DNA of 59,036 nucleotides, the filler included, from Sphacelaria rigidula (taxonomy: Eukaryota): assembly GCA_964200075.2 (NCBI GenBank). It is 7 parts of 7 records of this genome, joined end to end, with 100 filler letters (N's around TTAATTAATTAA, not from the genome) between each part and the next. Parts side by side here need not be neighbours in the genome. Positions count along the whole stretch, not along the records: positions 8,450 to 16,798 come from CAXNAA020011436.1; positions 16,899 to 25,246 come from CAXNAA020011437.1; 5 more parts are not named here. One strand, written 5' to 3'. The notes beneath the pieces are model-generated. The model was not told where the DNA came from. It made no database searches and worked only from the letters and a program-made list of their open reading frames with translations. The first letter of the stretch is position 1; each line of letters begins with the position of its first letter. The position numbers and the translations under genes are program-made. This document shows positions 12,001-23,800 of this stretch, one piece after another.

Positions 12001-13809
12001 CACAGGCCGGCGGCGGAGAACGTCAACATCACCGAGCTCAGATGCACCCTCAGATCCACCAATTCCTCCAGATTCTCAAAAGATGGGGTAGGGGAGAGAA
12101 TCCAATGGCTCATCCAAGCCAATTTGACGGTCTAATCCCGCTCCCGCCATGAAGAAAAAAGAGGGCCGAATGCAAGTGAAGCGAGATATCAACATATGGA
12201 TAACGGAGGGGAACAACACAATTTTTTACATCCTGACGGCAGCGTGCCCATTCCCACTCCCGTGTAATCTAACAATAATGAGTTGAAACGAAGCATGTTG
12301 CAGATCCCAACCTTGACATGCTCTCCAACCTCCAGGCGTTAGTCGACGTCAACACCGCCAATCTCCACTCGCTAGTGCCACGTGGCATCAAGAAGCCCCA
12401 CTTCCGCGCCGAGGCCAACGTCACCAGCGTCGTCAAGACTTCAACCATCCCCATCGATTTCGGGATCACCAACGACGACAGCGGTTAAGATAGGCGGGCC
12501 TTCGTCATGGGCGAGTTGACAAGAACGGCGTCGGCGCTCGACAAATACATGGTCCGGTGCTATGCACAACTTCAAACGGACAAGGCGATGGTTCGAACAA
12601 GCACCATCACCGATTTTGACGTCGATATCAACGGATGACTGACGTACTGCAGGGATGCCGAACTGAATCTCCGCATGGACACGCCTACCGCCCCACCGTC
12701 CGATGGGCAGGGACCCGCAATGTCAGCGCAGGCTCTCAACCGGGTGAAGACGCTCACTACCGAAGGCTATCTCTACGGCCTCGTCGGACGGGAGAACCTC
12801 GGTCTCCCGTGGTAAGCTCATCCACGCAGCCCGCTTCCAGGACAGTCGCAAAGCAAAATGAGCTACCCGGCGGAGGCGCGACCAGCGCGACAAAACGAGC
12901 CGCCCCACGTCGTGCCCGTCCCGGAGGTGCACCTAGTAACACCTCACACCGATTTCCACCAGGAACTTTCGACGTGAAACCTGCCGGAGGGCGTTGGCAC
13001 CCGGACGTGGCAAGGCCTGAGAGGTCCGCGGGTGCGCAGCTGTCGCTTCCTAGATCACACCAGCAAACACGAGGCCGTAGGAGGACCACATCTTCGGCCG
13101 CCGGTGGTGAACCAGTAAAGAGCAACAGCCCCGGGGGCCGCGACTGCAAAAATGCCAGCATCGACACCAGCCGCGGCGGCACCGGCGGCGGCACCAGGCA
13201 CACTTTCGCGGCTTTCGCACAACTACGGAGTGAATGGCGGATTCGGGCGGGGGAGCGCCTGCGAGCGCGGGCTCCGCTAGTCGGCGGGGGCTACCGGTTT
13301 CGGGGGAAGAGTAGCATCGGTCGGGGACTCGGCGGGATCGGTGGTTATCACCCAGGCTCCCACACCGGGGTCGGTGGCGGCAAGTTTCTTTCACGGTGAG
13401 AGCAGAAGTATCTACACACGAAGCACTATCAAGATACGACATAGCGGTAGATCGAGTAGTATCATATCGTATCTTCGACGTCGAACAAAATAGTCGAGAG
13501 CAATCCTAACAACAAGTATCCCAAAAGGCGATGGCGGTCTGAATGGTGGAGCTCAGACCCAAAAATGATTCGATGGAAAAATAACCGCCCCGTCCAAAAG
13601 CATGAAACCGAATAAATGCGCGAACAACAGCAGCGCGAACGCTCACAGTAGGGAGCCGACCCCAAGGTGCAACAGAACGAACGAGAGAGCGCAGGTACGC
13701 CATCGACAAGACCTGGTAACCTGCTCGCTGAAGGTCAACAATCCGAATAGTGATACAGGCAGACACCACACTGAAAACACTTCCCACATCCCCAAAGACA
13801 GGGGACGTG

Positions 13810-14370
13810 ATAAAGAACACCCGGCGCTCGGTAGATAGGCACAGGTAAACCTGAACATGGGCAGAAGAAAAAGGAGAACAGTACTCATGCTTCTCGTGAA
13901 ATGAAAAGAACACCTAGTGCAGAGGAGACCCGGCGTTCTGTGGTTCCATAGAGGTAACCCCGAACAACGACACGTCCGCGTTGACGCGGACCAAGCGTGA
14001 AAACTCACGAACCAGTAACACAAGTGGAGCAAAATAATAGAGAGGTGCCGAAGAAGATCTGTCGTCTAGCAGTTCCATGGCGGTAACCCTGAACAACAGC
14101 ACGTCCATGCTGACGAATGCAAAGCGCATAAAGTCGAGAACCAATGACATGAGGGAAACAAAAGAATATTGAAGTGCAGATGAAGACCCGCTGCCTGGCA
14201 GTACTGTAGCGGTAAGCCTGGATAAGGATATATACCCATGTTGACGAGCCCAAAGCCTGCACGACTTCAGACCATCACCAGTTGCGTAGAGTAAGACCAA
14301 TTGCCAGGCAGCCACGCACAGGTAAGCCCGGACAACGGTACGTCCGTGTTGACGAGAAAAACTCCAGCAC
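13810..14370 (+). repeat. Degenerate tandem repeat, unit about 110-130 bp, about 5 copies
   Basis: GGTAA(C/G/A)C(C/T)G(A/G)A...GTCC(G/A)TGTTGACG recurs at about 13843, 13952, 14082, 14211 and 14321. Confidence 0.7.
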
Positions 14371-14513
14371 GTCATGAAACACAACATGGGTGGTGGGGAC
14401 GCAATTTGCGGACAATATCTCGGGACGGTGAGAGCGTGACCCTCAGATGAGACAACACGTCACGAAAGCCCGACCATAGCCACAGAACAGCCGAGGCAAA
14501 AAACCTCAATAGA

Positions 14514-14757
14514 CACTTTCTACGATAGCCCCCCCCCCAAAACCAGCTAAAAGTGTAACAAAAAATGGCCATAAAGCGCCTGATGTTCGGGTTCAGGCTG
14601 CTTGAAGCGCCCCATATTGGCGACATTGGCTAGCACGAACCCAAGCGTGGGAATTCCCAGCTTCTCGCTGTCCTCGGCTTTTCCCATCTCGATTTACGTG
14701 GAGATTTTTGGCTCCCAAAACCATGCACTTTTTTGGGGGGGGCTATCGTAGAAAGTG
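14514..14757. mobile_element. MITE family C, copy 2
   Basis: Same TIRs and interior as 2959-3205. Flanks TCAATAGA/TCAATACC (6 of 8 match). Confidence 0.9.
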
Positions 14758-14861
14758 TCAATACCTTGTGGAAACAGCATAGAGGTCCCACAAGAGAAGC
14801 CCATAATCACGGACCTCGCAATCACTTGCACGAACCTCGCTCGATTCCATCACGGAAAAAA

Positions 14862-15813
14862 ATGGATGATGTAGCAAAGACGCTCGGCGGGACTGCGGTG
14901 TCACTGCCGGTGAACCTGAGAGACACCCACGACTATTTCGGAAACCAAACACGCATCCTCCGGATCCGAGAAGTCCTACACATGATTGAATTCGGAGTTC
15001 CAGCGGAAGCATCGTCCCGCAGCTCCGATTTACGAGGACAAGACAATGCGGCGATCGCCACATCATCAGTAAACACACGCCTCTGGTTTGGGAGAAGTTG
15101 GTGGAGGATGTAAGAAGGAACAGATGTCTGGTATATGAGGATAGAAAGGCGAGGCTCGAATTCAGAAGCCTCAGAGTGTCCCCGTTCGAGGCAGTAGTAA
15201 CCAGCAAGGTCAGGATGATCAATAATTTTTCGTTCGGCCTCGTCGACCCTGAGGGAGAGAAGGGGGCCTCAATCGGGACGCGAACGCGGACTGTAATGCG
15301 TGAGAGGACCGCGTGCTTAGAGGACCGCGCCGTGGCTCGAAACACCTCAGGATCGACATTTTTCAAAACCAATCGGACCAGTCCCTGCAGGGACCACGCC
15401 CTTGACCCTGACCCTGACCCTAACCCTAACCCTAGGGATGCTCAAATTCCGATCCGGTCCTCTAAGCACGCGGTCCTCTCACGCATTACAGGACGACGTG
15501 CCGCGATGCCTGTGCGGAGAAGCCTTCCCAAAACTCTTGAGCGAGTTACTGAAGTTACGCGTCAAGTTTCCGTATTGCGGAGTCCTACTGTCAAAGGCGC
15601 ATGTCTCGATTGCATTCAGAGATGCCAACATAGCGCCTGACCAGGCGCAGAACTGCTGGTACGCGGTAGAGGACGTAATAGTACCAGACGTTTGGCTCAC
15701 GTTTGGCTGGACGAGATCCCCAGGCTACTGGGTCTCATATCACCGGTCTCCAAGCACACGCACGGCAATACCACAATGCACGACGCTATAATCCTCGGAG
15801 GCGGTAAGGATAT
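14862..15813 (+). pseudogene. DIRS/Ngaro-type reverse transcriptase, frameshifted and MITE-interrupted
   Basis: LRVSPFEAVVTSKVRMINNFSF...NRDANADDVPRCLCGEAFP...LLSKAHVSIAFRDANIAPDQAQN...VPDVWLTFGWTRSPGYW, matching the K.D...AFR and D..L.FG...SP motifs. Confidence 0.75.
15292..15490. mobile_element. MITE family T, copy 2
   Basis: Near-perfect TIRs with a 4-bp TSD GGAC/GGAC. Removing it restores the RT reading NADDVPRCLC. Confidence 0.92.
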
Positions 15814-16018
15814 TGTAATGTGTGAGAGGATCGCGTGCTTAGAGGACCGCGCCATGGCTCGAAACACCTCACCATCGACGTTTTCCAAAACCAATCGGGC
15901 CAGTCCCTGCAGGGACCACGCTCCGGACCCCAACCCCAACACTAACCCTAACCCTAACCATAGGGATGTTCAAATTCTGATGCGGTCCTCTAAGCTCGCG
16001 ATCCTCTCACGCATCACA
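15814..16018. mobile_element. MITE family T, copy 3
   Basis: Same TIRs and CCCTAA tract. The flanks do not match and RT similarity stops here. Confidence 0.9.
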
Positions 16019-16455
16019 GGGGATGAATATATCGGGTTGATCAATGGGGTAAGATTGACGAATCGTAAGGGCGTGTCAAAATGAAATACAGTAATCTCGG
16101 GTTAACCCGATAGTTTTTCCCAACTGCGAGAACGCGTTTCTGTCTCACAGTTTTGCTTGTGTCAGCTTCGGTTCTACATGCATGCCAAATAAATTCGTAA
16201 TTCTTGAGCCTGAAGAAAAATCGCTGTGTTCTGCAAGAATGCGAAGTTTGAGCCGTTAGCGGAGGGCGGATTACGAAGAATGAATTCTCGCGGATGTCGA
16301 ACTATAATTAAGATGAGGGTCTTCGCAAAACATGCTCGCACCGGCGCAGTGCATGTTTAAGGTGCGAGGCTGATCTGTTGCAAGAACACCGAAACGCAGA
16401 CGGTATCACTCGAGACCACCAGTAGTCTCAGTCGAGTACAGTAGTCCCTAGCAGC

Positions 16456-16694
16456 GTCATGCTGCGATATCCCCCCCAGAAAGTGGCTGGTTTGAGGGGG
16501 GTAAAATTTACACGAAAATCAACATGACGAAAGCGAGCGCACTGATCAGCCGGGAACTTCCATGTTTGGGGTCATTCTCGCCGATGTTGCTCATTTAAGG
16601 GGCTTCATGAAGGCAAAAACCGGCTATCATGGGCTGTTTGGCCGTTTGCTTCGTGATAGTTTTGGGACTGGTTTGGGAGGGGCTATCGCGGGAT
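16456..16694. mobile_element. Diverged relative of MITE family C (inverted)
   Basis: GCGATATCCCC...GGGGCTATCGC subterminal inverted repeats, and an interior weakly similar to the reverse complement of family C. Approximate TSD CT(A/C)GCAGC. Confidence 0.6.
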
Positions 16695-16798
16695 CTCGCA
16701 GCACTTGATCAAGGTTTTCCACCCACCACCGTATCGCTCCAGGGAGGGAAGCACCACTATGTAGATCATAGGGATGAAGTAACAGGGAGAGGGAAGGG

Positions 16799-16898
16799 NN
16801 NNNNNNNNNNNNNNNNNNNNNNNNNNNNNNNNNNNNNNNNNNTTAATTAATTAANNNNNNNNNNNNNNNNNNNNNNNNNNNNNNNNNNNNNNNNNNNN
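16799..16898. other. Artificial contig spacer
   Basis: N44-TTAATTAATTAA-N44. Confidence 0.99.
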
Positions 16899-17271
16899 AG
16901 CACGCCGGGTTCTCGCCGGACCAGGCTGAGGGGGGGGCTCCTGTATTGCTTGCGTTATAGTCTTTTGACCATTGACCACGCATCCCCTTCGAGTCAGAGC
17001 ACCGTTCCTACTCTTCACAGAGACGCTTCCAACATTTGAGCGCTCATTATATTGAGGTGGGAGGGCGGGGGCGGTGTACACGGGCATTTCGAGCACTCCC
17101 TCGGAACTACTTAACGTATCCGGGAGTGATGCCGTCATCCCCGGTGTTGTTTGAAATGTTCGGTACTTAAAAAAATGCCATACTACAGGTGACCGTACCA
17201 CGGAAAGTGACTTCTGACTCGCACTGGATTCCAGGCCAACTTTCGATACATCGGCGGATATGAGCACTTAC

Positions 17272-17823
17272 AATATGTTCCACCACACGAGCCACATCCT
17301 CCAGCAGTTCCCTCAACAGCGAGATCTCGTCGTGAACAACAATCACCGCCGCCACGGGAAACTCCTTCGATCTCCTGGCTGCCTCTTTCACCAAAATATC
17401 GCTTGGACCCCGCCCCATCCACTCCGCATGATAAGACATGCAAGCCGCGGCGCATGCCGGCTTGGACGCGATCGGCAGGCCATCACTGCCGGCTCCTCGG
17501 CGATTCGGGTCGAGACAACCCAAGACACGCGAGACAACAAACGGTTCAACGGTGAGGGTACATCGGGGGTCCCATCGTCGTATGATCCCTTCAAGTACGC
17601 CCCCCCCATCGTGCGGTCAAAATCGTTTTGTCACGGATCCGATCCTCTTTTGTATCTTTCGAGTCATTGCACTGTACCGGAATCGTGCCGTGTTCCACCG
17701 TAGCGCGATCACGCCGTACCGACGATCGGTCGCGCCTTTGTGGGACGCGCACTATGACTAAACGCAGAGATATTTCGCGGAACGTCTCACACGCGGATGG
17801 TATACTAGTATCTCCGATACCGC
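17272..17823 (-). CDS. Downstream exon of GT2-like gene (start of a second GT2-like domain), needs a 1-nt correction in the C8 run at 17600-17607
   Basis: Ends FPVAAVIVVHDEISLLRELLEDVARVVEHI|GTAAGT, resembling the GT2 start motif IV.NE...L...LESV...VDEI. Acceptor TATTCAG| at 17824 is tentative. Confidence 0.5.
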
Positions 17824-17869
17824 CTGAATACTAGGGCATTTACGGGAACCGCGGTTTTATACATGTGCG

Positions 17870-17950
17870 GAGGAGGGGTGGGTTAATTCCTTGAGACTAC
17901 GGATTCATCCCAAGGAAGGAGAGGGATCAACATTGTGATGGGATAAATAA
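17870..17950 (+). mobile_element. SINE family B, 3' tail fragment
   Basis: TTCCTTGAGACTACGGATTCATCCCAAGGAAGG matches the tail of 22597-22925. Confidence 0.65.
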
Positions 17951-19148
17951 AGATGGATTAAACGGGTGGTACAACAATGTGGGAGCGCTGGTGCACTCCC
18001 GGGGGAAAACGCTAAGTTGCTCGTTGTGTTCCTATCGAGCGCAACATGGGCACGCATGCCTCTATCGCTCAACGACTCAGTGGGGATGCCACATATTGCG
18101 ACATAGCTCCAACCTAGTATGCGTACTTTCGACAAACGGCGGCTCGCCGGACTAATTCGAGGTCAAACTGCCGCCCCGTTTGACTCGCACTACTATACCC
18201 CCACTCAATTGAGACCTCCACAGTGCGTGAAAAGAAGTTTGGTACCGAATTACTGGATCTCATGGCTGAGGAGAAACTGCTCCCGCAAAACTTGTGATTC
18301 ACGTGCCATGGGTACGTCCAAGTAGATCTTGCGTGTGATGAACATGCCCCAAGCTTACGAGCGAGTCAGCCCAACACCAGTCTATACGACGCGAAAAATT
18401 ATCTGTGAAGTCGTGCCCGGTACGGTCGGACCGCACATCGTCCCCGACCGAACATACGTCGATACTTCGTACCCCCGGTTTACCCCAATATGAAAATCGT
18501 GTACCGCATTGCATATGAAACGAATGACTCCGCGCGGGGCACATCGGAACCGTTGCGGAGTTCTTAAGGGGCGGGGGGGGCAGGGGGGGCGTACTTAGGG
18601 GAGCGATGGGTATACGGTACAAATGACCGCATTCCCGAGTACACTAGAGAGGGGGAAGTAACTCAGGGTTGTCGATGGGAGTGCGCAATCAGGTACCACG
18701 GTAGGCGCTGTGGTGCTCACTGTCTCTGGTGTCGTGTGCACCACGGAGCATCCAAGGCAAGAAGAACAAGTCGGTCTCCTTCTGCACGAGCTCCTCCAAC
18801 TGGCCCGGAAGCAAAACACTCCACTGGTCCAACCGGCCTTTTCCCTCTCGATGTTGTGCAGCATTTTTCCAATCATTTTCGTGTCCCCTCCGATTTTCGT
18901 TTTTCCCGGTAAATGTTGTCGTAGTGCGGGTCCTACCGTCTTCTTCGCCGGGCAATGCAAAACGCGCAAAAAGTACATGGCTCGTTTAAAGTTAAACGGA
19001 ATCGGAATATGCCATTTCAACTTGAAGTGCCATCTATGCGGTCGTGCGAAGTATACGGGTCATATTCAACTCGTCACATATCCGTCAGAATTTCCAGTTC
19101 TAGCGGGGGTACTGTCTACTCGTGTCAGGTTGTACGTAACACACTCAC

Positions 19149-20597
19149 GCTTAGGATGTGGTGTTGTGCTGCAACTTCCACCGATAGTGTCCGCTGTTTC
19201 AGTTTTTGCCCTTGTCGCAGGCGAAGACATCGCACTGTCATGGCCGTCATCCTTGACGTCGCGCTTGGTAGTTGAACGTTGTTCCTGGTCCCCACAATAA
19301 CTCTCAACGGTCCACGGGCGAAGGAACCTTCTCCCCCACTCGCTTCTGTGAACGCAAACTACAGGGCCCTCCTCTTCTCCTTGAGCTGTTTTTTGTGAGA
19401 TCCCTAATGGCGTCAAATCTTCAATATCGTACCATTCGTATCCCGTATCTTGGATTGTCTTCCTCCTCTTCCTCCTCCTCCTCCGGTCCGTGTTGTGATC
19501 GTTGTTGTCAATCGGAGCCAGCGGACACCTTGCACATTTGGGAATATGGCTGTCACCGCTACTGTTGCTGTAGGTGTCATTGGTCGAGAGCGTGATGGTA
19601 AACCGTACACTCGCACGGGTCACCCACTCCGCAACGGTGCCTCCAAACATAAAACGCTCATCCAGGGTCCCTAGGGCAGAAAATGTGTCCGTATCGAACA
19701 CGAGCGAAGGCATCGGCGCAATATCGCGCAGTCGAGAAATCCTAGTTACAGGGTCCGCGCGGTTCTTCAACTGCGGTGCTGACGTCGACGGATGCTCCCC
19801 GGATTGTTTCCCGAACCGTACCGTTGGCCCGCTAGTGTCTCCGACCGCTTGTGCCGTCGCTTCTCCACTAAGTTCTTGCGTTTCTGCTTCCGACCGCGTG
19901 CGACGGCTATCAGGGTCGTTCACCCGCTCATCTCGCACCGAGTTATTGTTACCCGAGCGTGTTGCTGTTATATCCCCACAATTCTTCAGGAAATCTTCGC
20001 ATTTTTGCTCTTCTCTTTTGTCCGCAGCAGAGGTAAACGTTGTCGGTGGGACGAATATCACCAGCCCCGGGTCTCCTTTGCGATTGCCTACTTTCGCTGT
20101 CTCGCTTTTTTTTATGGGCGTCGTTCCCGTCCCTTCATCGTCCTCCAGCCGCTCGCTGTCTCCCTCACTAGCACCACCCTCACTAGTATCACATGGCGAA
20201 CTTACAGCATGGCCAATATTCGTACTACGTGGTGATGACACCGTGTTGTCCGCCCTCCTCGCTTGTGAGCAAGCGCTACTCGCCAATCCTGTGCGCAGTC
20301 GTTCGTATGCGACGAACACGTCCGGATCGGCTATGATTTCCTCATCTTCGTTGTCGGTGCGGTTACTGCCGCTGCTGCTGTCGGTACGTGTGTTTGTATC
20401 ACGCGAGGTTTGTCCACCAGGGTTATGTCCGAGGTGTGATGACGGTGATGGTGATAGCGATGATGGCGGTGCTGCTGGTGCTGTGAGTGGCTTGTTGATG
20501 ATAGGGCTGCTTTTCCTGCTGCCGGCGAGAAGGTGGGAGGTGGATAGGATCGCCACGATGGAGTCGGAAGGCACTATTTCCATGGCGCGGTTGATTG
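19149..20597 (-). CDS. Large internal exon of GT2-like glycosyltransferase-domain protein
   Basis: Strong acceptor (CTTCTTTTTCCCCAACCCTTGTTATTTTGCAG|) and donor C|GTGAGT, 1449 bp open, phase 1-1. Motifs INRAMEIVPSDSIVAILST and VFDTDTFSALGTLDERFMFGGTVAEWVTRA (GT2 GGFDERF-like) are separated by low-complexity inserts. Confidence 0.7.
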
Positions 20598-21318
20598 CTG
20601 CAAAATAACAAGGGTTGGGGAAAAAGAAGCGAGCACGAAGATTCGCGTGTTTACTCCCGGCATACATGACCGAAGACGACTGCTTGGACAAGGTGAGTGG
20701 GCATTGTCTGGGTGAGCCATACGCTCGGCACGACCGGATAAACCATAGTATACCATAGACGGAGGCATGTCCTGTATGTACAGCTACGTAGATAATGCGC
20801 GTACATTTTCAGACGCTGGTGTGATTGCGGTTTTTACAAGGCGGGGGCTGAGGTCGCAATTCATGCCGTATTAGCAGTAATCAGGATCGTCATTGGATCG
20901 ACCGTGGAAAACCCCGAAAAGTATCGCGTGAGTTGTCCGCACAAAACCGTCTGTAGACCGTTACCCTACATTGCGGACTGTACGTTTCCCCCACGGTACG
21001 TTGTTCGACCACGATATTCGTCCCGGCAGCTGCGGCAATATCGCGGCTGAACAAAGGTGTGGTTCACAGAATTGTGTTGGGAGCTTCCGATAGGTGGGGT
21101 CTCGTTGGGAGTGCATACATGCTTCTCGAAAAAATCGGGGTCAAAAACGTCATCACCCGAGGTAGTTGAGGTTCAGCGCTTGGGGCATGCACAAGGTGTA
21201 GCATTATTGATCGCATTGGTAGGTCCTCCCATGGTGGTGCTTGGCAGTACCATGGTTACACACACAGGAGTTTCATGGTAAGACACCCGGCGCTGTTCTG
21301 GTCAAGTGACAATCTACT

Positions 21319-21373
21319 ATGGTAGTGTCATGGTAGTGTCATGGTAGTGTCATGGTAGTGTCATGGTAGTGTC
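21319..21373 (+). repeat. Minisatellite (ATGGTAGTGTC)x5
   Basis: Five perfect 11-bp units, intronic. Confidence 0.95.
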
Positions 21374-22392
21374 GTGCGACCAATAAGTCCAGGCCCTCAA
21401 TTTGCATAATCAGAATTGATTAAACCTATTTTTTCTTTTCCTTTGGTAACCAGTCACTTCAATTCCGTCCAGGTCGCTTCCGACATAAAAAGAGATACAG
21501 CGGGACAAGATTCAAGATATGTTCATCGGCGTTCCCTGGGCTAGAGCACTGGCAGGTCTGTCGCAACGTATAATCTACAGTTGTACAGTGTTCTTCTTTA
21601 AAACTGACTCACAGGATCCATCCACCTGCACGCGGCGCGACAGACGATTACTCGTGACACCTCCAACGTCAATACGGATGATATTTTGCGAGGACATTTT
21701 GTTTCAACGCTACTCTTAGGTGAGATAAAATTATGTCAAGTGCGCCACGCACTATGTATACCAAACATAACCGCAGTTTCGTTAAAAAATCGCGATCAGT
21801 GGATTGTATCGATGTATTTCTTAAGTACACTCACCAGACGCGTACCCCTCAAACTCCGGAAGCTCCAGTGTTGTCATCCCTCTCCACCCTTGTGTGGCCA
21901 ATGTTTTCGCCTGATCAGAGCGTAAGATGCGCATCACGGTAGCACCCCAAAGCTAGTGTTACTTATACGAGCTATGGTCTATAAGTGAGGGACAGGTGAA
22001 CTCCACTAGGTGGGATGGGGGAAACACCGTGTTCAGTGCTTCCCCTGTACCGCGAGTGTGGTCGCCCCTGTACCGCGAGTATGGAAAACGCTACGATCGA
22101 AGAGGGCACTCTCCAGGGAATTTTAGGAGGATGTGCTGACTTGCTTCGTGACGCGCGGAGGTGCACCCCCCCTCCCACCCCCCCTACAGTGACTATTCCA
22201 CATAACTCGTAAAGGAGAGACCGTGTGTGGTTGTTCCGTCGGGTAGAGGGCTCCGAATAACTACACAACACCGTGCTGTGTGATGGCATAACAACGACTC
22301 AGGAGGCGGGTAACGTCTGAAGAGGGGCTCCCATTTCATTTTTTGCCATCTGACTTCCTCCGGTGAAGGACTGTTGGGATGCGTCTCCTCAC

Positions 22393-22501
22393 GGTGGGTA
22401 AAACCCTGGTTTCGGCTCAGATATGGCGCTACAGTGCAGGAATTCTCTCGGGCATCGCCGATCTTCCGTGCGCACAACTCGACATCCCTGCCTATACTAT
22501 C
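22393..22501 (-). CDS. Exon of GT2-like gene (NQGF motif)
   Basis: TGTTTTTAG| ... C|GTGAGG, 109 bp, phase 0-1. It joins the next exon to read YLSRNQGFTHPINRAMEIV, similar to GT2 N.GF..A.N.G. Confidence 0.65.
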
Positions 22502-22596
22502 CTAAAAACAGTATTCAAGTTTCAGCCAGACCTTTGATCCGACGGTGCGGTACCGTCACATTGTCGATGTTTCTGATATTGTGACGACTATTTGCC

Positions 22597-22925
22597 GCCG
22601 CGCCCCGGTGATGTGAATGAAAATGGTCCGACTGTCGCCATTAGGGTGGAGAGAACAAGAGTTCGAATCCTGACGCGTTTTTTTTCTTTAATTTATCTGA
22701 TTTCCCTTGTCGAAGCCGTTACTACGTAAGTGAACAAAAAATAGTTGGCTGAGTCTGTTTGACGAGAGTTGACGCGGTGCGGGAATGCTGATAGTCATAA
22801 CCCAATCCGCGAGACCAAAATGCAAGGCGTGTACCGGGGAGAGATGGGTTGATCCCTTGAGGCCACGGACTCATCCCGAGGAAGGGCAGGGGCTCGAAGT
22901 GCGGCGAATAAGATGATAAAAAATA
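22597..22925 (+). mobile_element. tRNA-derived SINE family B, near full length
   Basis: Head homologous to 41979-42142 (B box GAGTTCGAATCC), tail homologous to 33590-33694 and 17870-17950, A-rich end. Confidence 0.75.
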
Positions 22926-23439
22926 TAAAAACTAGAAAAAAATTGTAGGTTCGCAGGGTATCGTGACCCCTGGTGCTAGATTTTGTCATCTAAACTCCTC
23001 CATGTGGAAGATCTATCCCACGAAAATAGTTTGTATATGGGCACACCACGACCAACGTTTTATAACCATGCAGGTTTCGGCGCCACTATCACCGAAGTCA
23101 TGAGAGGTGCCGAGGTTGACATAAGCCATGGTCGATGTGCAGCAGATTGGACACCGTATGTCCACATGCTTGTAGGTAGTTTGGTTCGTCGGCAAGGGTA
23201 TCTCTACCTTGCTGGTGTAAGCTTTGCATTTCACCTCGAGATGATTTACCAATTGATATCAGAAGGTTGTGACGATCTGTCTTCAACTTTACGGTCTCGG
23301 GTGCCCACCCCCGCTCAGTTGTTCAGGTAGTAGCACTATTTGCTGCTGTGTTACAGCTGCTCGCTTTTATAGTACTAGCCAGTGAATCTAAGCTGATGTC
23401 CGTTCGCTCTGTGTGTAGCAGCGCAGTGCAGTGACTTAC

Positions 23440-23592
23440 GGCTGCTTGCTTCAGTGCCGTATCAAGTTGATATCCGTTGGCCACCAGTATGAGATGGCCG
23501 TCGTTGGTGTGTGCCGAAGCAGCCTGCACTGCGTCGAACACCCTGCAGGAAGGGGAGCTCCCATGTCCCTCATCTTCATCAGTCTCAACGTC
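23440..23592 (-). CDS. Exon of GT2-like gene (LILVANG motif)
   Basis: GTGGCAG| ... GCC|GTAAGT, 153 bp, phase 0-0. VFDAVQAASAHTNDGHLILVANG resembles GT2 EIIVVDNG. Confidence 0.6.
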
Positions 23593-23653
23593 CTGCCACA
23601 GTACGTTGAGTTGGTTACGATGACGGATGATTATGACGATGGTGATTTCGAAG

Positions 23654-23686
<33 letters not shown>

Positions 23687-23689
23687 GTT

Positions 23690-23800
23690 TTTTTCTTCTT
23701 CAGCGAGTGTTTCAATTTTGTTTTTTTGGGGTATGTCTATCATGTGACCTCGGCTGGATCCCTGGGAGGTCAGTTAAAGTGCGACAATCAATCGAATCAA
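23690..23800 (+). repeat. Retroposon (probably LINE) 3' tail fragment, second copy at about 29890-30075 on the minus strand
   Basis: Shared CATG(T/C)GACC(T/A)CGGCTG(G/A)ATCCCTGGG...GTCAGTT.AAGTGCGACAATC followed by AATC-like repeats. Confidence 0.65.

Larger units (their letters stand above)
11122..15813 (+). mobile_element. Decayed DIRS/Ngaro-like (tyrosine recombinase class) retroelement, boundaries approximate
   Basis: A Q-rich, stop-interrupted gag-like region from about 11275 is followed by a low-complexity region and a DIRS/Ngaro-type RT. RNase H and YR were not seen, so it is 3'-truncated. Confidence 0.6.

Noticed and set aside
12635..13399. 254-aa ORF as an independent gene
   Set aside because: A GC-rich alternative frame within the decayed retroelement.
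19574..20608. 344-aa plus-strand ORF
   Set aside because: It is the antisense shadow of the large GT2-like exon.
23013..23252. Copia RNase H motif KHVDIR
   Set aside because: An isolated 6-aa match without the flanking conserved residues.
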